Source: Candidatus Hermodarchaeota archaeon (GTDB taxonomy: Archaea > Asgardarchaeota > Hermodarchaeia > Hermodarchaeales > Hermodarchaeaceae). Taken from it: a stretch of DNA of 64,000 nt. Of the stretch, positions 7,939 to 18,237 are shown in pieces. The stretch covers positions 1 through 64,000 of the forward strand of contig JAEOTB010000091.1 of NCBI GenBank assembly GCA_016840065.1. The letters are read 5' to 3'. The notes below the pieces were generated by a model, which was not told the DNA's origin, did no database searches, and saw nothing but the letters and a program-made list of their open reading frames with translations. The translations under genes and the position numbers were made by a program. Each line of letters opens with the position of its first letter. Positions within the stretch are counted from its first letter, which is position 1.

Positions 7939-9075
7939 TCACTGAAGAACTGTACCTGGTGGAATGGCAGCCGCACGACGAGCAGGGTAGAATCCACCGA
8001 ATATTCCACTTAATACTGCTGCTAATGCAGAGGCAACCAAGTTGATGGGATAATAGTATGGAGCGATGTAGGTTCCAGCTAGAATATATGTTACGAATAT
8101 ACTGATAGAATCAGCGAGAACAACACCTATTGCAACTCCTAGAATTCCTGCAGCTGCACCGATAAGGAGTGCTTGGGCAATGATAAGAGTCATAACGCTT
8201 CGTCGAGAGGTTCCGAGTGCCCTTAACACAGCAATTTCGAAGACGCTTTGTTCAACAGTATTGTGCATTACATAATAGACTCCAATAGCCATAACTAATG
8301 AAATAACAAGCCCCAAAGCCCACAGGATTGAATATAGTTGGGCAGTTGTTAGTTCAACATACTCACTCATAGCCCGTTCAGGTAACACCTGGATTCCAGA
8401 AAAAGAATATTCTAAAGACGCAGCAGTAATTTCAGATTGTGAAGGGTCATGGAGTTTTAATTCGACTAAAGAAAAAGCTGCACCAAACGAGGGGGCTAAC
8501 TGCCTTGCTTGCGACTCGGATACAAGAACCTCAAAATCGTGAGTTTGGTTCGACTCGAAAATTTGTAGGCACTCCCAAGTTTGAGATGTGTACTGCCAAG
8601 TTAGCGTAATATTATCCCCAACCTCTACCCCTATTTGGCTGGCAAGCACATTTCCTACAAATATACCTGTTGATAAATTTGGATGAGATAAATTTAGAGG
8701 GAGTGACTTCATCGAAGTAATCACATCAAGAGCTGCACCTCGTACAACCGCCGAGTAACTGGAAATGGATCCGTCTGGCACAATTTCTGCAACTAGATAC
8801 AACTGTGAACACGATTGAGCGACGTTTGCATGACTAATTGCGCTAGCTGTAGAATTTGAAAGCCTACTATCAGAAATGCTTGTCGAACTTTTGTTAAGAA
8901 CAACTAGGTAGGGAGAGCTGGTCAGAATACCTGCTAATTGGCTCGAAGAGTAGGAGAACCCTCCGCCAACTGACGTAGAGGTCACGATGAGCGCAACACA
9001 AAGTGCAATCCCCAATATCGCCGAATAGGTCCGACGCCAATGAAACAGAAGACTCTTCAGACCAAGCCGGAGCAA
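7939..9075 (-). CDS. ABC permease, MacB/LolC-E (FtsX-like) family
   Basis: 1 TM + extracellular domain + 3 TM; EIAVLRALG and YPARRAA motifs. Confidence 0.88.
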   Translation of the reverse strand: MLRLGLKSLLFHWRRTYSAILGIALCVALIVTSTSVGGGFSYSSSQLAGILTSSPYLVVLNKSSTSISDSRLSNSTASAISHANVAQSCSQLYLVAEIVPDGSISSYSAVVRGAALDVITSMKSLPLNLSHPNLSTGIFVGNVLASQIGVEVGDNITLTWQYTSQTWECLQIFESNQTHDFEVLVSESQARQLAPSFGAAFSLVELKLHDPSQSEITAASLEYSFSGIQVLPERAMSEYVELTTAQLYSILWALGLVISLVMAIGVYYVMHNTVEQSVFEIAVLRALGTSRRSVMTLIIAQALLIGAAAGILGVAIGVVLADSISIFVTYILAGTYIAPYYYPINLVASALAAVLSGIFGGFYPARRAAAIPPGTVLQ

Positions 9076-9193
9076 GGGATCACCATTCTACACCCAGCTC
9101 GTATCCTTAACTTAAACCTATTCACCGAAGAGTTGAATATCAACGATTGATATAGATGTTATCGAAGAGAGATTTCACTGCTGAACAACCTGT

Positions 9194-9874
9194 GTGAGAA
9201 AGATGAAGGCCATCCATGCAACTAAGATTCAGAAGATATATCATCGACCCAGTGACTCCTTAGAAGTATTAACTGGCGTTGACCTCCAAGTAACACAAGG
9301 AGAAGTCGTACTTGTCAAAGGACGGAGCGGAACAGGAAAAACAACCTTACTAAAAATTATAGGATGCATGGAACCACCCACATCTGGAATCTTACACATT
9401 CTGGGTACAGATACTTCGAAGCTCACTTTGGAGGAACTTACCCAATTACGCGCCAAATATTTCGGGTTCATTTTCCAATCCTTTAATCTACTCCCTGCCC
9501 TGACAGTCTTGGAAAACATCGAATTACCTCTTGCGATTCGAGGAGTGAAGAGAGCCCCCCGAAAAGAGGAATCGGAACTGGTACTCGACCAGTTCCAACT
9601 ACGCCATCTAGCCCAAAGACTTCCCGAAGAGTTGAGCACTGGCCAGATTCAACGTGTCGCAGTGATGCGGGCTCTTGTCGGTAAAGCGCCAATTCTCATC
9701 GCCGACGAGCCAGCCGCCAATCTTGATCAAGAAAACGCCATCAGCCTTTTCTCTATGCTTCGTGAAGTGAATGATACCCGACAGACTACAATCGTATTAT
9801 GTAGCCAAAAGAACCTAGCCAATAGCTACGCCGATACTATTTATCGGATTGAGAATGGACGTTTGGTGACATAG
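9194..9874 (+). CDS. ABC ATPase, LolD/MacB-like
   Basis: Walker A GRSGTGKTT, FIFQSFNL Q-loop, ILIADEP Walker B; variant signature LSTGQ and variant H-loop. Confidence 0.92.
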   Translation: MRKMKAIHATKIQKIYHRPSDSLEVLTGVDLQVTQGEVVLVKGRSGTGKTTLLKIIGCMEPPTSGILHILGTDTSKLTLEELTQLRAKYFGFIFQSFNLLPALTVLENIELPLAIRGVKRAPRKEESELVLDQFQLRHLAQRLPEELSTGQIQRVAVMRALVGKAPILIADEPAANLDQENAISLFSMLREVNDTRQTTIVLCSQKNLANSYADTIYRIENGRLVT

Positions 9875-9878
9875 TATT

Positions 9879-11294
9879 CTAGGAGATTTCGCGCACTTCT
9901 TTTCGAGTTAACGATGCGGTGTGCGCAATTTGACGGATGCTACGCCCCACAACTATAACACCCAAACCTGTACAAACGGTGATTGTAATCCACAGGTATG
10001 TCACATCAAGTATTAACACATCAGTGAGTAGCATCGAAAACATGACCGCGAACACGAAGCCGATGGAGGTAGAAATAATACCAAAGAAACAGAGAGGAAC
10101 TAGAAACATAAGGAATACATCACGCATCCTTCCGCCTAGAATGAATAGTGTTTTGACGGTTTCTCGGTTCTTCGTAACGACCTCCACCAAGAGACCTGAC
10201 ACGTTTAAACCTACAGTAGCTAGTATTACTAATGCAAGAGTTACAAGGAAAATCCTGAGATCGCCAAAGACACGAGAGGTATAAGCACTTCCTGTGGAGA
10301 AAGATACAATTTCAAGACGGCCCAAAACTTGATCAAAATTATAGAAAGCTTCGCTCTCCCACCAGAACATAGTCGGTTGAGGTGGTCTTCTAATAAATCC
10401 TTCAGGGGTATCAAACACTATTTCACTAGCTTCGCCTCCTCTAAGAGAAACAAGTTCGGATAGGTTACCGCAATCGATTATGTAATCTCCAAATGGTAAT
10501 TGGAGAACCGCAACACCCAGTGCGTTTGTTTCGAACTCTGCAATGCTCCCGTAATGATAAACACTTATGACAACATTGCTGGGGTCAGATAAACCAGTAA
10601 CTCGGACGGTGACTGTGTGAGGGCTGACGACAATTTCCCGATAGAACTGGGGAGTAATCAGAGAGGTATTGATTTTAGCTCTAGCGCAAGAACTCAAAGT
10701 TGAGTAGATGCCTCTTAGAGTGTTTGCCACTAACCGAGGCACATAGACCTGGTGATCTAGACTTGCTACCCCCGTGATTACTAGACCAACGACTCTCACT
10801 TCTATTAAAGAAGCAGTGAATGTAGAGGTAATCACTAATTCATCTCCGATGCTGAACCCCGTCCGAGTACCGACAAAACAAACCCCGAGTCCTAGCGATG
10901 ATACGTTGCTTAACTGAAGAGGAAACGTATTCCAGAACACAGGTTCCACTCCCCGAATGAATAATGGATGTTCTACACCATGATGGCGAACGACACAAGG
11001 AGCTACCGTTTCCCGGCTCACCCAAGCCGTTCCCTCTAATTCCATTAAATCCTCTACTAGATAATCCGAGATAAGTCCTGTAGGGACAGCTGCTGCTCCT
11101 CCTGCAGTAACGGTAACGCTATCAGCAAAAACATCACCATGGACATTCCACTGAATCTCTAATAATCCTTGAACCATTAATAATGCTGATGCAAAGAGTA
11201 CAGAGAGCAGTGATAACACGATTAGTAAACTCCGCCTGCGTCCTCGATATAAGCTGAATCCTACACGTATTAAGAATCTAGTCACATGTCTCAC
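9879..11294 (-). CDS. Divergent FtsX/MacB-like permease with enlarged extracellular domain
   Basis: 1+3 TM topology, IRGVEP, IGDELVI, ETVKTLFILGG; extra beta-rich insert (TNALGVAVLQLPFGDYII). Confidence 0.65.
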   Translation of the reverse strand: MRHVTRFLIRVGFSLYRGRRRSLLIVLSLLSVLFASALLMVQGLLEIQWNVHGDVFADSVTVTAGGAAAVPTGLISDYLVEDLMELEGTAWVSRETVAPCVVRHHGVEHPLFIRGVEPVFWNTFPLQLSNVSSLGLGVCFVGTRTGFSIGDELVITSTFTASLIEVRVVGLVITGVASLDHQVYVPRLVANTLRGIYSTLSSCARAKINTSLITPQFYREIVVSPHTVTVRVTGLSDPSNVVISVYHYGSIAEFETNALGVAVLQLPFGDYIIDCGNLSELVSLRGGEASEIVFDTPEGFIRRPPQPTMFWWESEAFYNFDQVLGRLEIVSFSTGSAYTSRVFGDLRIFLVTLALVILATVGLNVSGLLVEVVTKNRETVKTLFILGGRMRDVFLMFLVPLCFFGIISTSIGFVFAVMFSMLLTDVLILDVTYLWITITVCTGLGVIVVGRSIRQIAHTASLTRKEVREIS

Positions 11295-12304
11295 AAGCCA
11301 GAGTCATATATGGTTGAAAATTCCTCCAAAAATGCTTCCGCGGTCGCACGTACTGCTTGAGCACTGGTGTAACGTGGGTTCCAGCCTAGCTCTTTAAGAC
11401 GACTGATATCGAGGAGCATTTGTTTCACATCTCCCTTCCAGCCTCGGCCCCCATCTACACCCCCTGAATATTGAAGCTCAACATCAGCAAGACCCATTAC
11501 TTCTGTTACTATTTGAGCGATTTCCTTCACGCTTGTTCTATCCTCGGAGCCCACATTGAAAATCTCTACCTGCCTTTGCGTTAATGCATAACACAAGATA
11601 AGACATTCGATGCATTCGCTAACATACAAATACGACTTTGTTTGGGTTCCATCACCCAATATTTCCAGTCGGTTAGGCGTTTTGTGTAGCTTATCTATAA
11701 AATCACGAACCACACCGATTTTTGCCCTAGGTCCAATGATGTTCGCTAAGCGACAAATAACAGCACGGAATCCATGAGTGTGGGCATAAGAGGAGATTAA
11801 TCCTTCTGAAGCAAGTTTTGCAGCTCCGTACATTGACATAGGTTTAATCGGACCGTAATCCTCGGGTGTGGGCAATAACTGAGCATCTCCGTAGATGGTT
11901 GATGATGAAGTAAAGACGAGGCCTTTCACTGTTTTAGTTTGTCGAATCACTTCTAGGAGCTGAAAAGTAGTTACTACATTCTGTTGGAAATGGAGCTCGG
12001 GGTTTGTTATTCCCGTTCTCACCTGCGGGTTCGCAGCCAAATGGAATACGAGTTCACACCCTTCTAATGCGCGCGAAGTATCCTTGAAGTCGAGGAGATC
12101 GCCTTGAAAGAAATGGAAATTTGGAGATTCTTGAGCGGTTTCCAGGTTTGCGAGGCGCCCACTAGATAGGTTATCTAATACATGTACTTGTTTTCCTTGC
12201 TCAAGGAGGAGATCAACGATATGGCTCCCAATAAACCCAGCACCCCCAGTAACGAGAATCCGTTTTGCTTTAAGTTTGGAAATCAGACTTGCATGTGTTC
12301 GCAT
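11291..12304 (-). CDS. NAD-dependent epimerase (archaeal UDP-glucose 4-epimerase-like)
   Basis: [46 protein letters not shown]. Confidence 0.92.
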   Translation of the reverse strand: MRTHASLISKLKAKRILVTGGAGFIGSHIVDLLLEQGKQVHVLDNLSSGRLANLETAQESPNFHFFQGDLLDFKDTSRALEGCELVFHLAANPQVRTGITNPELHFQQNVVTTFQLLEVIRQTKTVKGLVFTSSSTIYGDAQLLPTPEDYGPIKPMSMYGAAKLASEGLISSYAHTHGFRAVICRLANIIGPRAKIGVVRDFIDKLHKTPNRLEILGDGTQTKSYLYVSECIECLILCYALTQRQVEIFNVGSEDRTSVKEIAQIVTEVMGLADVELQYSGGVDGGRGWKGDVKQMLLDISRLKELGWNPRYTSAQAVRATAEAFLEEFSTIYDSGL

Positions 12305-12318
12305 GGTCGTTACATCTC

Positions 12319-13281
12319 CTATCTACTCGGTGTGGATACAGCAATTACGTCATCGTATCGGTCCCAGTGATTACGCTTCTTCGTAAAACGCCGGCGAAGC
12401 CCCTCAGGTAAACGCCGATATCCTGTTCCCAGTAGAAGGCCTAAACCCTTGATAAATTCATAGAACAAGGCATATGGCATCTTTCGCAATCGATGAATTC
12501 TTGCTAAGAATTGTATTTCACTAAGGAGATACCGAATTCCTGATCCTATTAATGTTGTAGACGAGAAGCCAGTATCAGGAAAGACCGCGGTGAACGAGGC
12601 GCCGGAGTCAAAATATTCTCGAAAGACCTGTCGAAGTGTGTAGTGGTGAGAGTGGTATACAATCGATTCGGGTTCGTACACAATGCGATACCCTGCTTTT
12701 AGGACTGTCCGAGACCACACCCATTCCTCCGACTTTAGCATTTCAGGCAGAGGAAACTGTTCAAGGACATCACGACGAATGGCAGAACTTACATTTGAGA
12801 AGAATAACTGCTCCAGTCCTAAATCATTAGTCTTGCAGAATTCGAAAACCCGGCGTTTAGGAGGGTAAAAGCGTAAGCGAGAGAACTGTTCCATTGGTGA
12901 AGCGTCTGGCCAAGGAATCTGGCGACTGTATACACCTGCTACTCTCTCATCCTCGAAGTGTCGAATCATGCTACGGAGCCACTGACGATTTGCAATCTTG
13001 ATATCAGCGGATACGCAGACGCATATTTCACCCTTTGTCAGTCGGACACCAAGATTACGAGTGCCACCATAATTGTAATCCTCTGGCTCGACGCGGATGA
13101 CGCTTTGCCCATAGCTGCGAGCAATTTCAGGCGTACGGTCATCTGAAGAGTCCATTACTAGAACATCAATCTCCCCCGAATAATCTTGATTGAGAATGTC
13201 ATGTAAAAGGGGACCAATATACTTCTCAACATTTCGTGTTGGGACTATGACACTCACGCTTCTGCCTTTACTGTCAACCAC
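12319..13281 (-). CDS. Glycosyltransferase family 2 (rhamnosyltransferase-like)
   Basis: SVIVPTRN, DSSDDRT, YNYGGTRN, YSRQIP, FSNVSSAIRR, VYHSH. Confidence 0.85.
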   Translation of the reverse strand: MVDSKGRSVSVIVPTRNVEKYIGPLLHDILNQDYSGEIDVLVMDSSDDRTPEIARSYGQSVIRVEPEDYNYGGTRNLGVRLTKGEICVCVSADIKIANRQWLRSMIRHFEDERVAGVYSRQIPWPDASPMEQFSRLRFYPPKRRVFEFCKTNDLGLEQLFFSNVSSAIRRDVLEQFPLPEMLKSEEWVWSRTVLKAGYRIVYEPESIVYHSHHYTLRQVFREYFDSGASFTAVFPDTGFSSTTLIGSGIRYLLSEIQFLARIHRLRKMPYALFYEFIKGLGLLLGTGYRRLPEGLRRRFTKKRNHWDRYDDVIAVSTPSR

Positions 13282-13372
13282 TTGCTACACCATCAGTTAA
13301 CCTTTGTATTATTGAAAAAATAGTTTATCCATTTTTTTGCTCAGCACAAGGCACTATATCAGATGAGTTACA

Positions 13373-14083
13373 CTACAGCTTTTTTGTAACAAACCGCTTC
13401 TTTAAGAGAAATCTAAAAATCCGTAGACCATCCCGAATCCAGTTTAGAGAGGTTTGACCACCTTTCCTCCGACGATAAAAAATTGGAATTTCGTTGTATC
13501 GATATCCAGTTTGATGAACTTGAATCTTTATTTCTGATGAGTAAGACATTCCAGTCTCTTGAAGGTGTAGTGACTTGAGTATTTCACGTTTAAAAACCCA
13601 CATACCTGACTGGGAATCCTTGAATCTGACCCCAAATAGAAGGCGAAGAATTAGTGAAAAAAGAAGGTTTCCAAATCTCTTGATTGGTGTAAAAGCACCA
13701 ACCTCGTGATGTAGCAGGCGATTTGTACTAATAAAGTCTGAATCAGAAGAAATCAGACGAGCTGCTAGTCTATAGATTTCCTTAGCAGGATAGGTTCCAT
13801 CTGCGTCGAGGGTTACAATGATATCCCCTGAAGCCTTCTCAAACCCTGTAAGATAGGCTCTACCATACCCCCGCCGCAATTCCACGATGACCTCAGTATT
13901 TTCCCATTCAGAATAAGGTTGAGGTGGTGATTGCTGAGATTCATGCTCTGGTGTCCAAACTATTATTATTTCATATTGAGAGCGAGTAGACAATACAGAG
14001 TGAATGTCAGAGATTACTTGGTCGATGGGTTCCCTATCTCCGTAGACCGGTATAACCACAGATATACTCAACCCAGCTTGCAT
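13373..14083 (-). CDS. GT2, DPM1-like polyprenol/dolichol-phosphate glycosyltransferase
   Basis: SVVIPVY, RGYGRAY, TLDADGTY, DSQSGMW, EIPIFYRRR. Confidence 0.85.
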   Translation of the reverse strand: MQAGLSISVVIPVYGDREPIDQVISDIHSVLSTRSQYEIIIVWTPEHESQQSPPQPYSEWENTEVIVELRRGYGRAYLTGFEKASGDIIVTLDADGTYPAKEIYRLAARLISSDSDFISTNRLLHHEVGAFTPIKRFGNLLFSLILRLLFGVRFKDSQSGMWVFKREILKSLHLQETGMSYSSEIKIQVHQTGYRYNEIPIFYRRRKGGQTSLNWIRDGLRIFRFLLKKRFVTKKL

Positions 14084-14096
14084 GACCAGTAATTCC

Positions 14097-15494
14097 CTAA
14101 GTCTTTGTTAAGAAGTCTACGAGATAGTTTTGTGCATTGATCTCTTCGGTAACAGAAATCGCTAGGTCCATTAGCTCCTGAAATCTTTCATCGGATATAT
14201 GTTTGGAGAAATGTAGAATTCTAGCCTTAAACCCTAGCTGACTGTAGTCGAACGGTTCACATATTACACCCTCCTCCAGAAGCTCTTGGTATACTCTCGT
14301 TCCAGGGATAGGATTGAAGAGTGCAATATTAACAAAGGTGGGCTGGATTTCCTTCAGCAACTCCAATGTCGCAAGCAAATCATCTTCAGTTTCTTCAGGA
14401 ATTCCAATCATTACGAATGCGGTCCAACGGATACCACTTGAATTTAGGATTGCTGCCCCTTGCCGGATTTTAGCCACTGTGAGACCCTTGTTTAGGTATT
14501 TGTGTATCCGATCACTACCCGATTCAACACCTACGCGAACTCTATAGCAACCAGCCTGCTTCATCATATCTAGTAACGTCTTATCGATTCTATCGATTCT
14601 GACGAAGCATTCCCATTCTATCTTCAGATTCTCTCTGTGCAAAGCCTCACAGAATTTGATCACTCTTTTTCTATCCAGGTTGAAAGTGGGGTCTCGGAAT
14701 GAAATGTATCCTACATTGTGTTTCTCTACCAAACGACGAATCTCTTCAATAACATATTCTATCGAGTGATACCTTACCTTTTGTCCCCATAGATTTCTAA
14801 TAGCACAAAAAGAACAGGAGTATGGACACCCACGACTAGTTACAACTACGCCTAAATCAACGGGGCGGTATGTGTCGAAATTGATAATGGATTCGATGTC
14901 AGGGAATGCTGATTCATCTAGGACTGCGATGAGGGGGCGGTCTGGGTTGTGGATAATCCTGTCCTGTTCCTTATACGAGATGCCTAATACGTCATCAAGT
15001 GGGTTTCCGTGGTGAAGATTATTCACAAGTTCTAAAACTGTCAGTTCCCCCTCCCCGCGAACTACGACATCGATGTTAGGTGAGGAGAGGAGAAGTTCAG
15101 GCTTGGTTGTTGGAAGATGACCTCCGACAATCACAGTAACTTCGTCCTTCCACTCCTTTACGATTTCTGCGACGCATAGAGTGGAACCATATTTACCTTC
15201 AGCTATCATGCCTATACCAATAACATCAGGGTCGACATCTTCGATAACACTCCGCACTTCCTTCCATAGAGGATGGTGCTTATTCTTCAACGCATCCAAA
15301 TATCTCGGGAATTCAGCAGCTGAATCTCTAAAGGAGCGGGTTGACAAACCCACATCATGTTCACCGTCAAAGATTAACGTTTTATGACCTGCTCTGTTGA
15401 GTGAAGCACTAAGATAGGATAACCCCACAGGGTAATACTGCCGATATATCCCCATAAATCGGTGAAAAGGAGGATCTATCAATAGAACTTTCAT
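14097..15494 (-). CDS. Cobalamin-binding radical SAM protein
   Basis: N-terminal B12-binding-like domain (PVGLSYLSA, GGHLPT, RGEGE); SRGCPYSCSFC; GVESGS; MIGIPEET. Confidence 0.92.
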   Translation of the reverse strand: MKVLLIDPPFHRFMGIYRQYYPVGLSYLSASLNRAGHKTLIFDGEHDVGLSTRSFRDSAAEFPRYLDALKNKHHPLWKEVRSVIEDVDPDVIGIGMIAEGKYGSTLCVAEIVKEWKDEVTVIVGGHLPTTKPELLLSSPNIDVVVRGEGELTVLELVNNLHHGNPLDDVLGISYKEQDRIIHNPDRPLIAVLDESAFPDIESIINFDTYRPVDLGVVVTSRGCPYSCSFCAIRNLWGQKVRYHSIEYVIEEIRRLVEKHNVGYISFRDPTFNLDRKRVIKFCEALHRENLKIEWECFVRIDRIDKTLLDMMKQAGCYRVRVGVESGSDRIHKYLNKGLTVAKIRQGAAILNSSGIRWTAFVMIGIPEETEDDLLATLELLKEIQPTFVNIALFNPIPGTRVYQELLEEGVICEPFDYSQLGFKARILHFSKHISDERFQELMDLAISVTEEINAQNYLVDFLTKT

Positions 15495-15601
15495 CTAGAT
15501 AAACCACATCGAATTAGTAAACCTGAACCCGATACAAAGACGCTTCTTTTTATGCTTTAAGGGTTCTTAATCGACCTGTGTTCTTGTATCAGTAGATTGT
15601 C

Positions 15602-16753
15602 GTGAAATGTACAATGCGCATCGTTCAGGTGGCACGGAAGGTTTACCCGGCAACAGGAGGTTTAGAGAATCATGTTTGGGAACTCTCAAAACGATTAAAC
15701 GTAGCAGAGTATGATGTCCAAATCCTCACTTCACACCGTACACCGAAGCAAGAAAGGACATCATTCCCTGTTACGCGCTTTACCTGCATTCCTACACCTA
15801 GAAATTTACTCATCCCCAGCCTACGATTTCTCAATAAATTGAAGAAGATTGCTAGTAGCAACGCTATTCTTCATCTTCATTACAACACCCTATTTAGTGA
15901 ACCAATCCTCTTTTTCTCCAAAAAGATTCACCTCCCGTCCGTGGTCACGCTTCATTCAGATCATCAGAGACGAGCTCTCGTTAGCAGGATGTTTGATGTC
16001 GCATCACTGCATCTTCTTGATAAAACTACAACTAGATTCATATGCTTAACAAACGCGCATAGGCAGATATTTACTAGACGAGGATTGTGCGCAGAGAAGA
16101 TAGCAGTTATTCCAAACGCTATTGATATCCAACTAACAAGACATTATTTCTCACAGGCATCTAATCAAATAGAACCCAACGAAGAAATGAGTGATTTGCT
16201 ATTCGTTGGGAGCCTTGTTCCTACGAAGAACCCCGAGTTAATCATAAGAGCATTAGCGAAAATTAGCGAGTGGAAAACCAGAGACATAGGTATTCCAACA
16301 TTAACTATTGTTGGTTCAGGAAGGCTAGAAGCTAGGTTGAAAGCATTGGTGGAGCGGCTGAGATTAGGTCATTACATCCGATTCTTGGGACAAATCCCAC
16401 ATCGAGAGCTCTTCAAACAATATGCATTGAGTAGAGTTGTAGTTATTCCTTCCAGAAGTGAAGGAATTCCAACAGTTGCACTCGAAGCAATGGTTTGCAG
16501 CAAAGCAGTAATTGCAACTAGGATTACTGGTATGGCTGAAACAGTCATCGATGGAGAGACAGGGGTTCTCGTAAAACCCAATGACGCGGACGAGCTAGCT
16601 GAGAAAATCGTCCATCTTCTTAGATCTTCGAGCTTACAGAACAGATTTGGGAGACGAGCATTGAAGGAGGTTCAAAGATATAGTTGGGAGAAAATCTGTC
16701 CTAGCGTAGTCTCGGTGTACAACGACGCCTTGTTGGATAATACTAGAGCATAG
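15602..16753 (+). CDS. Glycosyltransferase family 4
   Basis: GGLENH, IPNAID, PSRSEGIPTVALEAM (EX7E). Confidence 0.93.
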   Translation: MKCTMRIVQVARKVYPATGGLENHVWELSKRLNVAEYDVQILTSHRTPKQERTSFPVTRFTCIPTPRNLLIPSLRFLNKLKKIASSNAILHLHYNTLFSEPILFFSKKIHLPSVVTLHSDHQRRALVSRMFDVASLHLLDKTTTRFICLTNAHRQIFTRRGLCAEKIAVIPNAIDIQLTRHYFSQASNQIEPNEEMSDLLFVGSLVPTKNPELIIRALAKISEWKTRDIGIPTLTIVGSGRLEARLKALVERLRLGHYIRFLGQIPHRELFKQYALSRVVVIPSRSEGIPTVALEAMVCSKAVIATRITGMAETVIDGETGVLVKPNDADELAEKIVHLLRSSSLQNRFGRRALKEVQRYSWEKICPSVVSVYNDALLDNTRA

Positions 16754-16797
16754 AAGAGTGTCAAAGGACGTTTCGACTCTTAATTGAGCAGATTTTG

Positions 16798-17982
16798 TCA
16801 GGTCTTTGATGTTAAGTGCTGATTGGATATCTGGAGAAACCTATCAATCGTTAACTCCCAGCGGAACTTCTTTCTTACATGTTGTTGGCCAGCCTTTCCA
16901 AATCTAGTAGCTAGCAACGGCGACTGAATCAGTTGTAATACTCTTTCTGTAAGCATATCAACATCGTGTGGCTCAACTAGAAATCCTGTCTTCCCATCAA
17001 TCACTGTTTCACTTGCACCTCCGTCGGAACATGCTACAATTGGTTTTCCTGCGGCCATCGCCTCTAGTGGGATCCTGCCCATTGGTTCTTTCGCTGAAGG
17101 AGACACCACAACATCAGCTAAAGCGTAGTATTGTGGAAGTATCGTATCTTCCACGAACCCTGGTAAGATAATGCTGCTTCGTGGAATCCTCAGTTTGCGA
17201 ACTACCATTTCAAATAGCTTATCTTGTCCTACTTCAAGAGACCCACAAACTATTAACGTCGCCTCTGGGTTTCTTCGTAGAATTCGTGAAAACGCCATCA
17301 GCAGCCTTTCAATTCCTTTTAGTGGTTGTGAAAAACCGAGGGACAAGATTACAGGACCAGAAATACCTAACATCTTTCGAAGTTGATCATCCTTTGCTCC
17401 TGCAAAGGTGTCATATAGTACTCCGCGATAGAGAACCTTAGCAGTTCTTCCATATATCGATAAAACCTGCTGTGCAGTATATCTGCTATTTGCTAGGATA
17501 ACGTCACTTGATCTAGCTCCTTTAACATCTAACGCTTTGAATGGGGTTGAGAGAAAGGAAAAAGAGACACGCCACATTAGGGGAAGGTGTTTTCTAAGTT
17601 CTTTATCGTGAAGCCAGCGATTTGGTTCATTGCACAACCACAAAACCAAGGGTTTTCTAGTGTTCTTCTTTAATCGCGCCGCAACACAATTTGTCGGAAA
17701 ATTATTCGTCACTACAACATCAAAGTCTTCGCGTCTTACTGATTTCAAGAACTTGTCGAGAATTTTAGGTAAAGATATCCAATGAAAGGGAGAACGTGGA
17801 AGTGGTCCACCAACGCTATGTATCAAAACCTTGGGTTCAAAATGAAAAGCCTTGTTTGATATTTTTTGCGTGTACACGTGGACCTCATTTGATCGGTTTG
17901 CGAGCGAATTGGCTAATTGCTGAACGGTTCTGGGAGCTCCACCCCATTTGGTGAGATGCGGATATAGAATTGCTATTTTCAT
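16798..17982 (-). CDS. Glycosyltransferase family 4
   Basis: MKIAIL start, GGAPR, EPMGRIPLEAMAAGKP, TGFLV. Confidence 0.93.
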   Translation of the reverse strand: MKIAILYPHLTKWGGAPRTVQQLANSLANRSNEVHVYTQKISNKAFHFEPKVLIHSVGGPLPRSPFHWISLPKILDKFLKSVRREDFDVVVTNNFPTNCVAARLKKNTRKPLVLWLCNEPNRWLHDKELRKHLPLMWRVSFSFLSTPFKALDVKGARSSDVILANSRYTAQQVLSIYGRTAKVLYRGVLYDTFAGAKDDQLRKMLGISGPVILSLGFSQPLKGIERLLMAFSRILRRNPEATLIVCGSLEVGQDKLFEMVVRKLRIPRSSIILPGFVEDTILPQYYALADVVVSPSAKEPMGRIPLEAMAAGKPIVACSDGGASETVIDGKTGFLVEPHDVDMLTERVLQLIQSPLLATRFGKAGQQHVRKKFRWELTIDRFLQISNQHLTSKT

Positions 17983-18237
17983 AAGAGGCCTCAACTATTT
18001 TCGTTTACACTCGACTATCATTGCTAGGTTCCATTAGCACTTGGTCTGTGATAAACGGATATCCAATATACTCACAGCTAAGACAACGCTAGGACATCAT
18101 AAATAAAATACTAGTCTTTGAATTTTGGGTGAATAGCAAATCAATCACAAACCATAAAGGGAATCGCAGAAACTCGTGCGTGTCAGATGCACTTGTAGCT
18201 GTTCAACTATTAATTTGCCCTGATTTGGTTGTAAGAG

